From: Gekko japonicus
Taxonomy: Eukaryota
DNA length: 64,000 bases
Direction of reading: 5' to 3'
NCBI RefSeq assembly: GCF_001447785.1
Contig: NW_015167538.1
Coordinates: forward strand, 1,305,405 to 1,369,404
In this document: in pieces, positions 41,852 through 54,600 of the stretch
Layout of the letters: each line of letters starts with the position of its first letter
How positions within the stretch are numbered: position 1 is the first letter of the stretch
Position numbers and translations under genes: made by a program
Notes under the pieces: model-generated
The model's database searches: none
Seen by the model: the letters and a program-made list of their open reading frames with translations, nothing else
Told to the model about the DNA's origin: nothing

Positions 41852-43969
41852 AGAAGGAAAATTGACAGCCTAGATTTTTCCCCCAGGGTCAGTGCTTCTT
41901 CTCCATTCCTTCTCCCATGCTATATTTGGGTGCATATTTAAAGACTAACAAAATAGGCTCTCCTAGAAGTCCAGTAGTTCAGCGGAGCTCAGGAAACATT
42001 CTGCCCTGGCTGCATCCAGTGTGATGGTGTAGCAGATGTGCAAAAACAAAAGGGAAAACCAGAAGGATTCACTAGGTCCTAAGGGGCCACATTACTGCTG
42101 CTTGGTAAACACCCATAGGCTTCAGTGTGGCACTGGAAGGTGATGAGTCACTATCTCCTTGTATGACCAGGAGTATCCTAGGTCCCCACCTATTGAAGCA
42201 GGCCTGCCTTAATCACTGAACTCAACTACTGAACTACTGGGTGATCCACAATACCATCCATGAAGTCTGTGTTCCTTTCTTAGGATCAGAACCTCTAGAA
42301 ATTGCAGGGTGCCATAAAACAAGATGTACATTAACCACAGTGTGGATTGCCTATCTCGTTAGCTGCAGTCACAGGAGGACTGAAGCCTTGAAATTCTCTT
42401 TTAAAAGCATGCACTATGCACAAAAATGGATATTATTAGTATTTTTAGAACCCCATCTTGAATTTCATAGTTAATTAATTTTGGAGCACTGTAAAGTAAA
42501 TTTTAGTGTACTGTAGTTATTGTATTTTATATTATTCTGTACTGTTTTAACTTGGCATTCGTGCCCCTTGTGAGCTGCCCTGAGCCTTCAGGGAGGGCGG
42601 GATATAAATTTAAAGATAAAGAAATAAATATCCTCAAGATGGGTAGTCGTGTTAGTCTGTAGCAGTAGAAAAGAACAAGAGTCCAGTTGCACCTTAAAGA
42701 CTAACAAAATATGTGGCAGGGGATGAGCTTTTGTGAGTCACTGATCATTTCTTCAGCTACCCGTTGCTCTCTCTGTGAGAAGAAAAAGGGGAGAGTCACA
42801 GAATGTAGCCTGAACTTCCTTCCTATGGCCAATTGTTGTGCTAGAAACCCCATTCAATTTCAGACCACAAAGGCCTGCAAGTAGTGTAAGAGGCTACCTT
42901 GCTTTTGAGATTTACTGTATTACCCCGACCCCTAAAAAAAGAGCTAAATGCTTTGCATTCAAGGACTCCTAGCCCCATTTTGAAGACACACAGAGCAAGG
43001 AAGGCATCTTATGGCTAGGGGCTGCTCAGCTTCGTTAGTCTCGACCACACAGTCACACTAAAACCCTCAACAGGAATGATCCAAGTATTCATTGCAACAT
43101 GTTTAAAAAAAGGTCAGACCCATTCTTCCCATATTCACATACTGCACCCCATTCACACAGCATCTCCCAGCAACAGGGTGCTCCGCAAAAGCCCTTCCAC
43201 AACCAGAGGACACAGCCTTGAGAAAGGGCTGCCTGCTTCCCTGGGCAGGTTGGATAAGTAACTGCTAGTCACTCCCCCATGTCAGGAGTGAGAATTTAAA
43301 CTCCTCTCAGATTTGAAGAGACAAAGTCACATTAACCCCACAATGACAGAAGCAGTAGTTACATGTGTGCCCCCCCCCCAAACACATAATGTATATGCAT
43401 ACATTATGGGCTGGGCTAGCCCTAGGTTAAAAAAAACAACCTTGGCCATGGAAACAGGACCCTTGAAGACAGCAGTATTCCCACGGTAAGACACTGGCTT
43501 TGGTATCCTAAACGCTGACGTTCTCTGTGCTGTTGTCACCTCAAACAGGGCTGGCACCTTTGCAAGCCACACATTCCTTACGATGCATCCAGCAGCCTGT
43601 CAGATCTCTCCCCTCAGTACTCAAGAGATGCTTGTTGGGCCAGACAGAACACCCCCCCACGACACCATCTAAACGTGCAAGAGCTCTCAAAGCATTAAAC
43701 AAAAACTTAGCCACGTCCACATTCTAAACACAAAAACATACAAAACACTGGCCTGTGCGAGGAGGAGGCAGCAGCAGGCAAAAGGGAAAGCCTGGATGCT
43801 CCCCAAAATCATCAGGTGAGGAGAGATGCCTGGGCTATGACCGCTACTACCACCACCACCCCACAACCGCACAGGCCAATTCCTAACAAACGGCTTTATA
43901 CTTTCACACCTCTATGAACCAAGCTTGAAGGAATTCAAAGGCAATTTAGCTTAAATATAAAAATAAAGT

Positions 43970-43975
43970 TTTATT
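43970..43975 (-). terminator. POM121 polyadenylation signal (AATAAA on - strand), ~1.6 kb 3' UTR
   Basis: TTTATT on + strand in an AT-rich block ending a repeat-free UTR-like stretch. Confidence 0.6.
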
Positions 43976-45585
43976 TTGTTAAAAAATGTTTAAATATTTT
44001 TTTTAATTTAGAGTTAGGCAGGCGCACGCACACATTCACACTGTTGTCTCCAATGTTATTAAAAAGACTGGCAGCTGGCTTTGCACTTCCAAGACCGGGG
44101 GAGGAGGCAGCAGGGACTGGGGTTCTTATACCAATCTCCTTCCCTGGGAGAGAGGAATTCTATTTGTTGAGTCCCTCTTATACAATGCCTGCAAATGCAA
44201 GAGGAAATCCACTGGGAAGAGAGAGTGATGGGTGCGTATTTTGGCTTATGTCAAGAATTAGATAAATTCTTTTGCAGTGATTTCTCTTCCACCGGGGTGC
44301 TGGGAGAAGCCCTTCCACAAGAGAACATGCGTCCCTCTCAGTGTATGAGAGAGTGAGTCATCCAACCTCCAAGCAGGGCCCCAGAATCATTGAATGGTTG
44401 GGGGAAAAAAACCCCACCCCCCCCGCTGCCAGCTTTCCAATCAGCACTTCACGATCAGGTTCATTCAACTCTTGTAGCCACACAGTGACGCTACTGTCCA
44501 CACCCAATTAGGCGGGGTTCGTCTCCGCTGGAGACAGGCAACCCCCAAAAATGTTTACAGCAAGTCCGGCATTATCAACATGCCGCCATACATACAATTA
44601 AATTCTTCCTCCAAACTCGATTCACAGAGCAAATAAAAAAGAAAAAAAAAGAATTAGAGCACAAACATACAGTGAACAAACACAGAGAATTTGGGAAAAG
44701 GAGAAAAAAAGAACAGGGTACTTCAGTAGAGCAGCAGTGCCTCCCTTGCCACTGGCTCATGCAAGCAGCACAGAGGATGGGGGGTTTCCCCTCCGTGCCT
44801 CCTCGCTCCGGAAGATCCATCTTTTCAGTTCACTGGGACCTCTGACCAGTCCTGCAGCCACTGTTTACTGTGATTAGTGTTTCAACCGAGAGCCCCTGTG
44901 AAACCACAAAACCTTGACAGGATGAGCCTTCCCCCTCCTTGCTTAGATTGTGGGAGAACAGATGATCCACAAACTGGAGAGGGGTTCATCTTGGAGATGA
45001 GTTGAGACTGAAGATGCATGATGGCATCCTAGGGAAGGGCTTCTAAGCGCTGGCCTGTGCCAGGATCAGGGGACACCATATATGAAGTTTTAAAATATGG
45101 AGGGGGAAGGGGGATAAGGAATGGGGGGGGGGACAGAGAGGGGATGACAGAAATGGAGTTGGTTGCAACTGGGAACATGCCAATAGCCAAGCACCTCCCC
45201 ACTTAACACATCACCTTCACTTGGCAGCCCAACTTGGGTGTCGGGCTGAGGTCGGAGGAGGCAAGGATTTGGGGAAGACCAACCCATGGGAGACTGTCCG
45301 CATGGGGGAGGGAAGGTAGCAGATACGTACAAAATTCCATCCAGACTCAGCCATGGATTGTTCAAGTAAAAAGGGCTTGGTTTCCCCTGTCCCGCTTGAG
45401 GGGGAGGAGGGAAAAAAACAACTGCTGCAATCCAAAGTAATTTCCTGTGGATTTCACAGAATGAGACTGTTGGGCCAGCCTCACGAACAACAGAGGCCAG
45501 AACACACCTCCCTTGATTCGTATGCCTGGCCCGGGCCTCTGAACGGGTAAAGCCAGAAGCTGAAGTCCAAGCGAGAATCTCCTGG

Positions 45586-45680
45586 CTACTTTTTACGGGG
45601 ATGCTGCCGTCGGGCCTGCAAGCGCTGCCGGCTCAATGTTTTGGATCCTGCCCCAATGGAGAATGCAGGTGCTGATGGCC
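45586..45680 (-). CDS. POM121: POM121 last coding exon
   Basis: [25 protein letters not shown] stop. Confidence 0.95.
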
Positions 45681-48600
45681 CTGGAAGAAGGGGAGAGAAG
45701 CAAAGCCTTCTTCAGCCTTTTCCCAAGGCAGAAGACATCCTCCCCCCAAGCAGTTTACATGCAGCAGCCACAAAATCCTTTCGCTTCTCTTTAGCCCCAC
45801 AAGGCACAAGCACAACACAAACTTAAGAGAACAGCTAAACAAGTTTTTTTTTTTAACCTCTACCCTTTCCCTTTCAAGTTTGAGGGACAGGGAAACAGGT
45901 GAAAAGCTTTCCGATGCTCAACACCCCAGATCCTTACCAAATGTAGGCCCTGCTCCTCCAAAGGCTGGGGTAATGGGGGTTCCAAAAGAAAGGTTACTTC
46001 CCCCAGTAGTTCCTCGCGGCGCAGGTGAGCTCTGCCCAAAAGCAGGGGTAGGAGTACCTAGAACACAAAACAACAGTTAGGTTAGAGAAGCACTGGAAAA
46101 AAATTATCAGAAGGTAAACAGTCAAGGATCCTGAGACCTGTTTTTTATCATAGTAAATGGGAACATGTCAGCAATCAGATCCTTTGCTCTCTCTCCTTTC
46201 TTCATTTGGGAGTGAGGACACCAGTTCCTCCGTGATCTAACCCCTTTCCCCCTCTTTCATGGCATCTCTTCCCAAAGTAAGCAAGACAAAACCACCATCT
46301 GACATCCCAGAAATGACCCTGCCTCTCCAAACTCAAATTCTGCCTGTCCTGTGCCAAAGCAGAAGAGAAGAGAGAGAAGAGATTGGATTTATACCCTGCC
46401 CTTCACAACCCAAAGGTGTCTCAGAGCGGATTACAAACTCCTTTCCCTTCCCCTCCCCACAACAGACACCCTGTGAGGTGGGTGGGGCTGAGAGAGCTCT
46501 TCACAGAGACTGCTCTTTTTCAAGAGCAGCCCTTATCAGAACTACGGCTTGCCCAAGGTCATCCAGCCAGGTGCAAGTGGAGGAGTAGGGAATCAAACCC
46601 GGTTCTCCTAGATTAGAGTCCACGCACTTAACCACTACACCAAACTGGCTCTGAAAGCAAAGCACTGAATATAGTCCGCAGTGCAGGAAAAGTGAAATCC
46701 CAAGTTATGAAAGCAGAAATTCACACCAAGTAGCACGTGCATCTCTGTATGCTCATTCCTGAAATTTTACAATGTGGGTCTTCTGGACGCAGGATCATTA
46801 TCAATAAAGGCTCACTTCCACACTGAAGATGAGACTGCACGCATCCTTAATTAAACAACTACAACAAAAACAGCACTCAGCTGCATGAGGCCCCCTACTT
46901 CCCCCCCCCCCCTCCATGCCAAAGAGATCTGGCTGTCAAACGGTTCAAAAGAAGCCTCACCTCCAAATGCTGGCTTGCTCTCCGGAGTGCCGGGGATACT
47001 GAAAGCAAAGGGTGTACTCTGGTTCTGGGCACCCAGAGGGTTTTGTGCCAAGGAAGAGGCAAAGGGTGTAGCTGTGCCCACAGTTCCACTCTGTCCTCCG
47101 AAGCTGAAGCCCACCATGGGGGTGCTGGAGCCTGCAGCAGCCGGAGTACCAATGCCAAAGGTACTGCCTCCTGCCGCTGGTGCAGCAGATGCCCCAAACG
47201 TGAATGGAGATGGGGTGGAGCTACCAAACACTGAGCCCCCTGTGCTGCTGTTTGTAGTCTGGGTGTTGGATCCAAAACCTGACACGGCTGATGCGGTGGC
47301 CGTCCCGAAGGAGAAGACGGATGTCGTAGCTCCGAATGCCGGCTGGGTGGTACTTTTGGTGCCAAAGGATGCTAGAGGCCCAGTCCCACCAAAGGTCGTC
47401 TGCGTGGTGCTGCCAAATGCTGGCTGTGCGGCCGGTTGAGCGACTGAGCCAGAGAAGCTGAAAGGGGTTCCAAAGCTCACTGGGCCAGCTGCTGGCTTGG
47501 TGGTGAGCTGCTGCCCATCGGGGACGCTAGGCTCAAAAGTGAGCTGGCTGGCATCCCCCGTGTATGGAGGAGGTGGTTTTGAAGGGGTGGCGAAGGCTCC
47601 GCTGAAAGCAGAGGGACCAGAACCAAATGTCAGTGTAGGCTGCGTTGAAGGTGGTGCAGCAGAAGGGGCCTGAGTGGTGGCGGTACTGCTGCCCCCGCTG
47701 CCGAAGATACTGAAGCCGACGGCAGCCGTGGTGGTGCTGCTAGGAACAGACTCTGCCGTGCTGGCGGATGCCTGGCTGAAGGCAGAGCTTGTCAAGGCAT
47801 TGCTGGGGCCAGCAGTAGTAGCAGGCTTCCCAAACTGGAAAAGTGGTGCTGTAGCTGCAGTGGAGGCCGCAGTGCCACTGGAGGAGACCCCAAACAGGAA
47901 GGGCTGGGATGATGCAGTGGTGACAGCTGTTGTGGTGCTTGGTGCAGAGGTGGAGGTTGGCATACCAAGGTTGAAGCTGAACACCGGTGTGCTTGTGGAG
48001 ACAGTTGACACGTTCATGGTGGTCGAGGGGGACATCGCTGTAGTCATGATAGACTCAGAGAGGACAGGAAACCCAGACGATGTGCTCGAGACAGTGGTGG
48101 GCAGAGCAGGGCCTGGGGCTGGCTGGGGGCTGTTCTTGAATGCAAAGAAAGATGCTGTGGTGGCAGGTGGAGCAGCGGTTGCAAGTGGTGGCATGCTCCC
48201 AAAGATGGGCTTGAACGTGCTGCTGCTGCTGGGAGTAACAGAAGGAGGTGCAGAGGAGGGCACAGTCCCAGGGGATGTTGCAACAGCCGAAGAGGTGCTG
48301 CCTGCAGAGAAACCAGGGCTCTCCATTTTTGTAACATTGCCAAAGATAGGTTTGAATACAGGCGCTGTGTTGGAAACAGAAGACACTGCTGCTGCTGTTG
48401 CAGTTGGCTGGCTGGCAGGAGGACTGGTGAGAATTCCAAAGAGGATGCTCGGTTTTGGGGCAGAGGAGGGCCTTGATGGGGTTTGGCCCAATTCGGAGGA
48501 AGTTGTTACCAAGCTACTTAGACTGCTGGCAGGCTGGACAACAGTGGAAGGAGGAGGAGCCAAGGAAGGAGGTACACTTAGTGTGAGTGAGGGCTTGGCC

Positions 48601-51600
48601 TCAGCTGAGGTCACAGATGCAGGGGAGCCCAAATCCAGAGAAATTGCAGGTGCTGTCGTTTCAGGAGTCTGTGTGGCAGAAGCTGAATCTGAAAGAAACA
48701 GGAAAAGCTTATAGATCTAGTGTCTGCATGAAGAATGACAGTGTTCAGGACCTCCATGAAGGTACATAGCATCCGACCCCATGGAAAAGCACTCAAATCC
48801 TTTTCTTTTTGATTAGTGAGTCTGGAATGCAGATCACAATCACTAGTGCAGGTCAAAGGGGGACAAGAGTCACCCTGGCAGAAGTAAGGCTAAAGGTGCA
48901 ATTTACCTGTTGGCATGTCCAAATCCGTATGTATGATAGAAGCAGAATATTCAGTGACTTATCATCAAGCATGACTGGGGAGAATGTGTGTTAACAATAT
49001 GCCCACCTATGATGTTTGGCAGAAACCTCTGAATTCTGTACTAGGCTCTAGCATGACGTAAACGAGTTTATCCCTTAATCCCTGCAAACTGGTCTATTGC
49101 AGCTGACTCTTCTTGACCTTTATGCTGTGGGTTCTCTTTAATAGGTTTGGTATTGCTTAATGAATGTACCAAGTAGCCAAAAGGCCCATCACAGTGATCC
49201 CCAATGTGGAGGCCATGGAAACTATGGCACCCACTTGCTTCATCCTCAAATCATCTTCACCAAAGCAAACAGCCAATGCCGGCTTTCCTCTGCCTCGTGG
49301 GAGCAGGAGAGGCTTCAGAAGTGCCCAGGAGGCATCACCTTTGAGCCTGCAGGGAGCACCCATTCAGAAACAGCTGCCTCCCTTGTAGGGAGATACTTGG
49401 CTTGCAATCACCCCAACACATGGTGATGGGCTCCAGGACCCGATGGCAACCATTTTGTGATTTGCTCCAGCCCCCACCAGTGTATTTGGCAGTGGCACTC
49501 ACTTCCTAAGCTAAAAATTCTGACAGGATTTGAGACCGCTGGCCTATCAATACACTTCTGACTTCTCTTCTAACATATGAACCAAGGCCAATTGTCACAA
49601 CATCCCGTAAACTAACACATTAGAGGGGGGAAACCAGCACAATTCCAAATGCCATCCGAAAGAGGAAAGTGTACGATGTCTTTGGTCCACTGACCTGCTT
49701 GCACTGCAGCACTTTGTCCTTCTTGCATCTTCTTCAGGCTCTCCAACAGGGGATTGGTTCCTGTAGCCATGCCCATCGATGGCACAGAAGCAGGCTTAGC
49801 TGGCATCAGTGAGGACAGGGTACTGGGTGGGGAGGCAATCTCTGCAGACATACTTGGGGTAGAATCTGTTGGAAAAGAAAACCATGCAGGAAAAGCAGCA
49901 GGGCTCCAGAGCCACAAAACCAACTGAATGTCCTGAAGAAATTGTGTGGATTGGTCCATTTCAAGGCTTAAGGAAGAGAAGACCCAGCGTCCCTCTATCT
50001 TTTCCATTCACCAGTCTTCCATTTCTTTAGCTATTTTGAGCTGCCCCCTCTCAGTTCTATAATTATAAAAATGCATACATAAGTAACTTGGAGCAAAGGA
50101 GTTTCTCTCTTACCAGTTTTGTCCTCCAAGACCTTGTTGAACCACTGCAGGGTTGCCTTTTTTTCTGCATCCAAGTCCTCAGAAGTGACAGCATAGCCTA
50201 GCTGAGGTGGAGGAGGCTGCCAAGAGAAATGCAAATTCAGCAGTCATCTTAAGTAGCCACTATATCTCGCCACAGAGCAGACACCAAGAGGGAAAGGTAG
50301 CCTCGGTCTGTCACGCCAAGGCGCTCGCCCTCAGGGTTCACTCTCAGATCATGTGAGCCAACAAAAAGAAGACCTGAGTTATTCCACAGCAATTGTTTGA
50401 ACAAGCAGACACAGAGTAAGGAGCGGGACTTGAATAGAGCACATGCACCATTCCCTCTTGGACACCCCATCACCCGCCTGCTACACAGGGCCACCCGAAC
50501 TCTGCTCTCAAGCCACTCCTTATCTCAGGAAATGGAAAAGAGTTGCTGAAGAATGGAAGACGCATACACGAGACCATCTTATACTACCCATTTTGTCTAG
50601 ATTTAGCCCTCTGCAGTCTTCTTGACTTTAGGCCAGAAGTCCTTCATAAATTCCTCTTAGAAGACGTTCAGAGCTCAGTCACTTACGCTGTGGCAAAATT
50701 TTGTTGCTTAGCTATTAGGAAACGTAAACTTATTTTAGCTGAAAAAATTGTATGATTCTCTTAACATTATTTTATTTTACTAATTTTATTAACTTTCTCT
50801 TGTTAATGTTTTTATACTATTCCCAATGTTATTACTGTAATCGGAAGACACACACATACCAGGGTGAAATTATCTCCGCGTCGAGCAGAGAGCAGCTGGA
50901 TCTTACGCTTGCGTTTGCCATTGCTGCCTGATGAGGACTGCAAACTTAGAGAGCTGTGTCTGTTCTGCACAGGTGTTTCTGCATCTGGAAAAGGAAGCCA
51001 GAGTCAGCAAGCCTGGTTTATGGATGCAACCATGCTTAGCCCAAAGGAGACTTGAGCTTGTGCACCACTAACATCTGGCAGCCTTTGTCTACAAGCCCCA
51101 AACACTTCAAAATCATGTCAGGAGACATTATGACAGCTGCAGAAAAATAAGTTTGGAAAAGGCCCGCGGGTAGTTTTGTTTGTTCACCTCATCCTGTGAG
51201 CCAGAAGAAGTTTTACACAAAAGATACTTACACCAGGTTCAATTCCACCTCCACAGAAAGGCCTTGCTTATGCTCCTGTCCAATATGCCCCCCTCTCTTT
51301 TAGTAGAACCCCTAGGCATTCATACTCACTCTTCTCTGCCTTCTTCTCTGTGTTTGCCTTCACAGGTGTTGACGTGCTGGATTGGTGAGACTCTGCCTCT
51401 CTGCAGCGACAAGAGAAAAAAGTTAAGAGAATTCTTCAGGACTCGCTTCTTTCATCAGGCACTGGTCTGAGGTTAGATCTCAGTCACACCTCACCCAGCA
51501 GTAGTCCCAAAATATGCTTGTTACAGGAGCCAGCCCTGTCTTTTCGTAGATTATAATGCCCCCCCCCCAAACACTATTACACAGAAAAATGATGCTATCA

Positions 51601-54600
51601 GAGAACCTAGCACATAAATATTAAGGGGGGGGGGGTTCCCTGCATTCCTCAAAGCATTTCACATATAATCAGCCCCATCTATCACCTTATAACAACCTTG
51701 TACCACAGGCCAATATTATTGTCTCTCATGCTGCGGATTTTATTATTTTATGTAGAAAATGTACATGCTACCTTTTCAGAGAACTGCTCAAGGCGGCTTA
51801 CAGCTAATAAAACTATTAACAGCAAAGCCATTAAAACAGAGGCCAATACCATTGAAACTAACCAGATGAGGGAAAGGGGCTCAAGGACAGTGGTTTACCT
51901 AAGGCCATCTGGTGGATTTATGGCTGAGATGAGCTCTGAACCTTCAACCTTCCAGACCACAGCTCATTCCCTTGGCAATTATGCTACACCAGCTCCTAAA
52001 AGCTAGCTTGGCTCAATGCTGCTGGTAAATGCAGTGAGGATGCACCAAGAGAAACCAAAGAGATCAATCACGGGAGAGCTAGCTCCTCCAAAAAACCTCT
52101 GGCTAAAGAAGCATCCCAATGCCTTGTGTCAGGATGAGGCAGAGAAACAACACTCACATGAGGCTGGTGTCGGGGCACCTTGCTTTCTTGTTAGGTCTTT
52201 CAGGAGTCTGCGAACGGGAGGAAGCTGGACTGGAAAGTGGAGAGGTACTTGGGCCGCTTCTCTTCCACAGCTGAGGGAGGGAAGAGCATGACAGAGAAGC
52301 AAGAAGAATTAGTCTCCCCCACTCTTCTGCATCACCCTGTAAGTCTGGTTAAATAAGAGTATGCTTCGGTAGCTGAAAATCCTAGAGTTGATCTATCTGG
52401 GACTGCCAGGGTCCTTGAAAGGGCCAACCCAGAAGTGCACCAGCCTCTGCCAACTCAGAGTAATGTGCCCTGCCAGGCACCAAGGACAGCATACCTGAGA
52501 GAGGCCTCGGGTGGAGCTGTAGGAGCTGGCGATGGCATTGCGGATGGAACTGGGAATTCCACCCACATAAAGGCTGTTCACAGAACTGAGAGAGGATGTG
52601 CGTGACCTCTTGGAGGAGCCGTTGTCCAAACTGTGGGAGGCAAGGCTCCGCTTCAGGGAGAGTCAAAGATTACCAGTGTACTACCAATCTTGATTTCTCC
52701 CCTCACCCAACCTAACAAAGTGGCATCTCCCCAGGAAGGAAGGTCACACAACAAAGTCTCAGGACTCACTTGGGCACCAGAGATGCTGGGGCTCCGTTGG
52801 CCACCAGGGGCTCAAATGCAGACTGTCCGCTCCCACTACTATCATGGCGCCTGCAGAAAAAAAGAGAAAAAAATCTAGATGAAAAACTCGGCATCGTACA
52901 CCAAGGGGGCAAGTGAATCACTGAGCACAGCCAGACCAATGCCACTCTCCAGTTGCTATGGAATCTCCCAGTTTAGAGTTTACCTCAGACAGAGGAAGCC
53001 ATCATTTCTCATGGCTAACTACATATTACCAGAGCGGTCTGTGATCAAACTCTCCCGGCACTTTGGGGGTTTCTTTTCCCAAGCTGAAATGCAGTCATAG
53101 AAGACTGCAACTTTGATCAGAACAGTAGAAGCTGAAAAGTTCACATTTAACCCTTCCCCAGTCATCCAAATCATACACATCTCAAGCCACTTGATTCACA
53201 CAAGGAAAAAAAGGTAGTTTATCTATGGAACACCTAATCCTCTTGAGAAATATAGATGTGGGCTCCCCCCTCCAATACCTGAGGGGCTTTACATACTGCC
53301 CACGTGTGGCTCCCCCTTCCCCACAACTCCCATGCACTACACCTGGGTAAATAAACACTTGCCGATGAGGATGCCACATCTGGTGAGCCGATATCACCTG
53401 CCTCTTACTTCTTGCCGAGAAAGCAGGTGGCATAGAGCTTGCAGTTTTGGCATGCAGCTACAAATGCACCCATTGGGCCAGACAGTTGGGGAAAGTAGGG
53501 CCTCCGGAAGGTGCACCCACCAAGACTGCCCAGTTCTGTCCCCAGCAAGGCCACAGCTGGAAAAACACTTCAAATCTTTGTCACAACCTGTGGATTATTT
53601 CTTGTTCATGATGGGGGAGAATGGTACAAAGTTTCCTAGGATTAGTATAGGCACTTGGTTGCTAGCAAAAAGAACAGTCCTTTGTCCCATCTATTTATCT
53701 GTCTCTTGTGAAGCTCTAGGCCTGAAACCCAGACTAGCTGCTCCCCAGTCAGAAAGGGCAGCCAAGAACTGGGTACAAACCTGACCAACAGAGTTAACCA
53801 TTCCTGCCTGTTCTCCTACCACTGAAGAGAATCAATGCTGTCAATTTTAATTCCTGAACAAAACCTTCTCCGTAGACATCCAGTCCCAGGGTCTGACCCC
53901 CGTCCCCACACCAGCCCCTTACCGTCTCTTGTTGTCCTGGATGCTTTGGTCACCATCTTCCGCATTCCTCTTTCTACTCTCCTTAAGCGCACTCAACACA
54001 GTCTCCTTTGCACATGGGTCTAGAGTACTGTTGGGCACTGGAGAGAAAGCCAAAGGAGAAGCCAGCCGTTCCAACCTGAAAGATGAAAACATGGCAGTGA
54101 CAGAGCATGAAAGCTCTCCCCCATCTCGATGTGGCACCTTGAGACCCAAATCATGCCCATCCCTCATTCCCACCCACTTCAACCAAATCAGGGCCTCTAT
54201 GCAAAATGCCAGGATACGGGCAGACCGGATCAACTTCAAGGCTGGCTTGTGACCTCACAAAGCGCTGTCAGAGCAACACACTGATGCAAATTAAAAAGTC
54301 ATTCTAGAGCAGTGATACTTACTCAGTGACTCAGGAAGACACCTGTGGCTCTTCTAGGCACTGTTCCCCAATTTGGCACCCACCCAACATTTCAGGTAAA
54401 TAAGCAAGGCCATTGCCCTGCAGGACTTGTAGTTAGCAAGTGGCTCCTGCGTTGAAACAACCACTGGAGAATGGGCGAGGTGCAAGTGTCTCTGTGCTGC
54501 CAACCTTATGCTAGGGATGGAAGTAAAGTGCCCATCCTCTCCAACACCCCCCCCCCCTCTCTTAGCCTCTACATTCTCATCCCAGCTCCTGGGTGGCAGC

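Noticed and set aside
46885-48714. Long + strand ORFs (184 aa and 346 aa)
   Set aside because: Antisense shadows of the low-complexity POM121 FG exon
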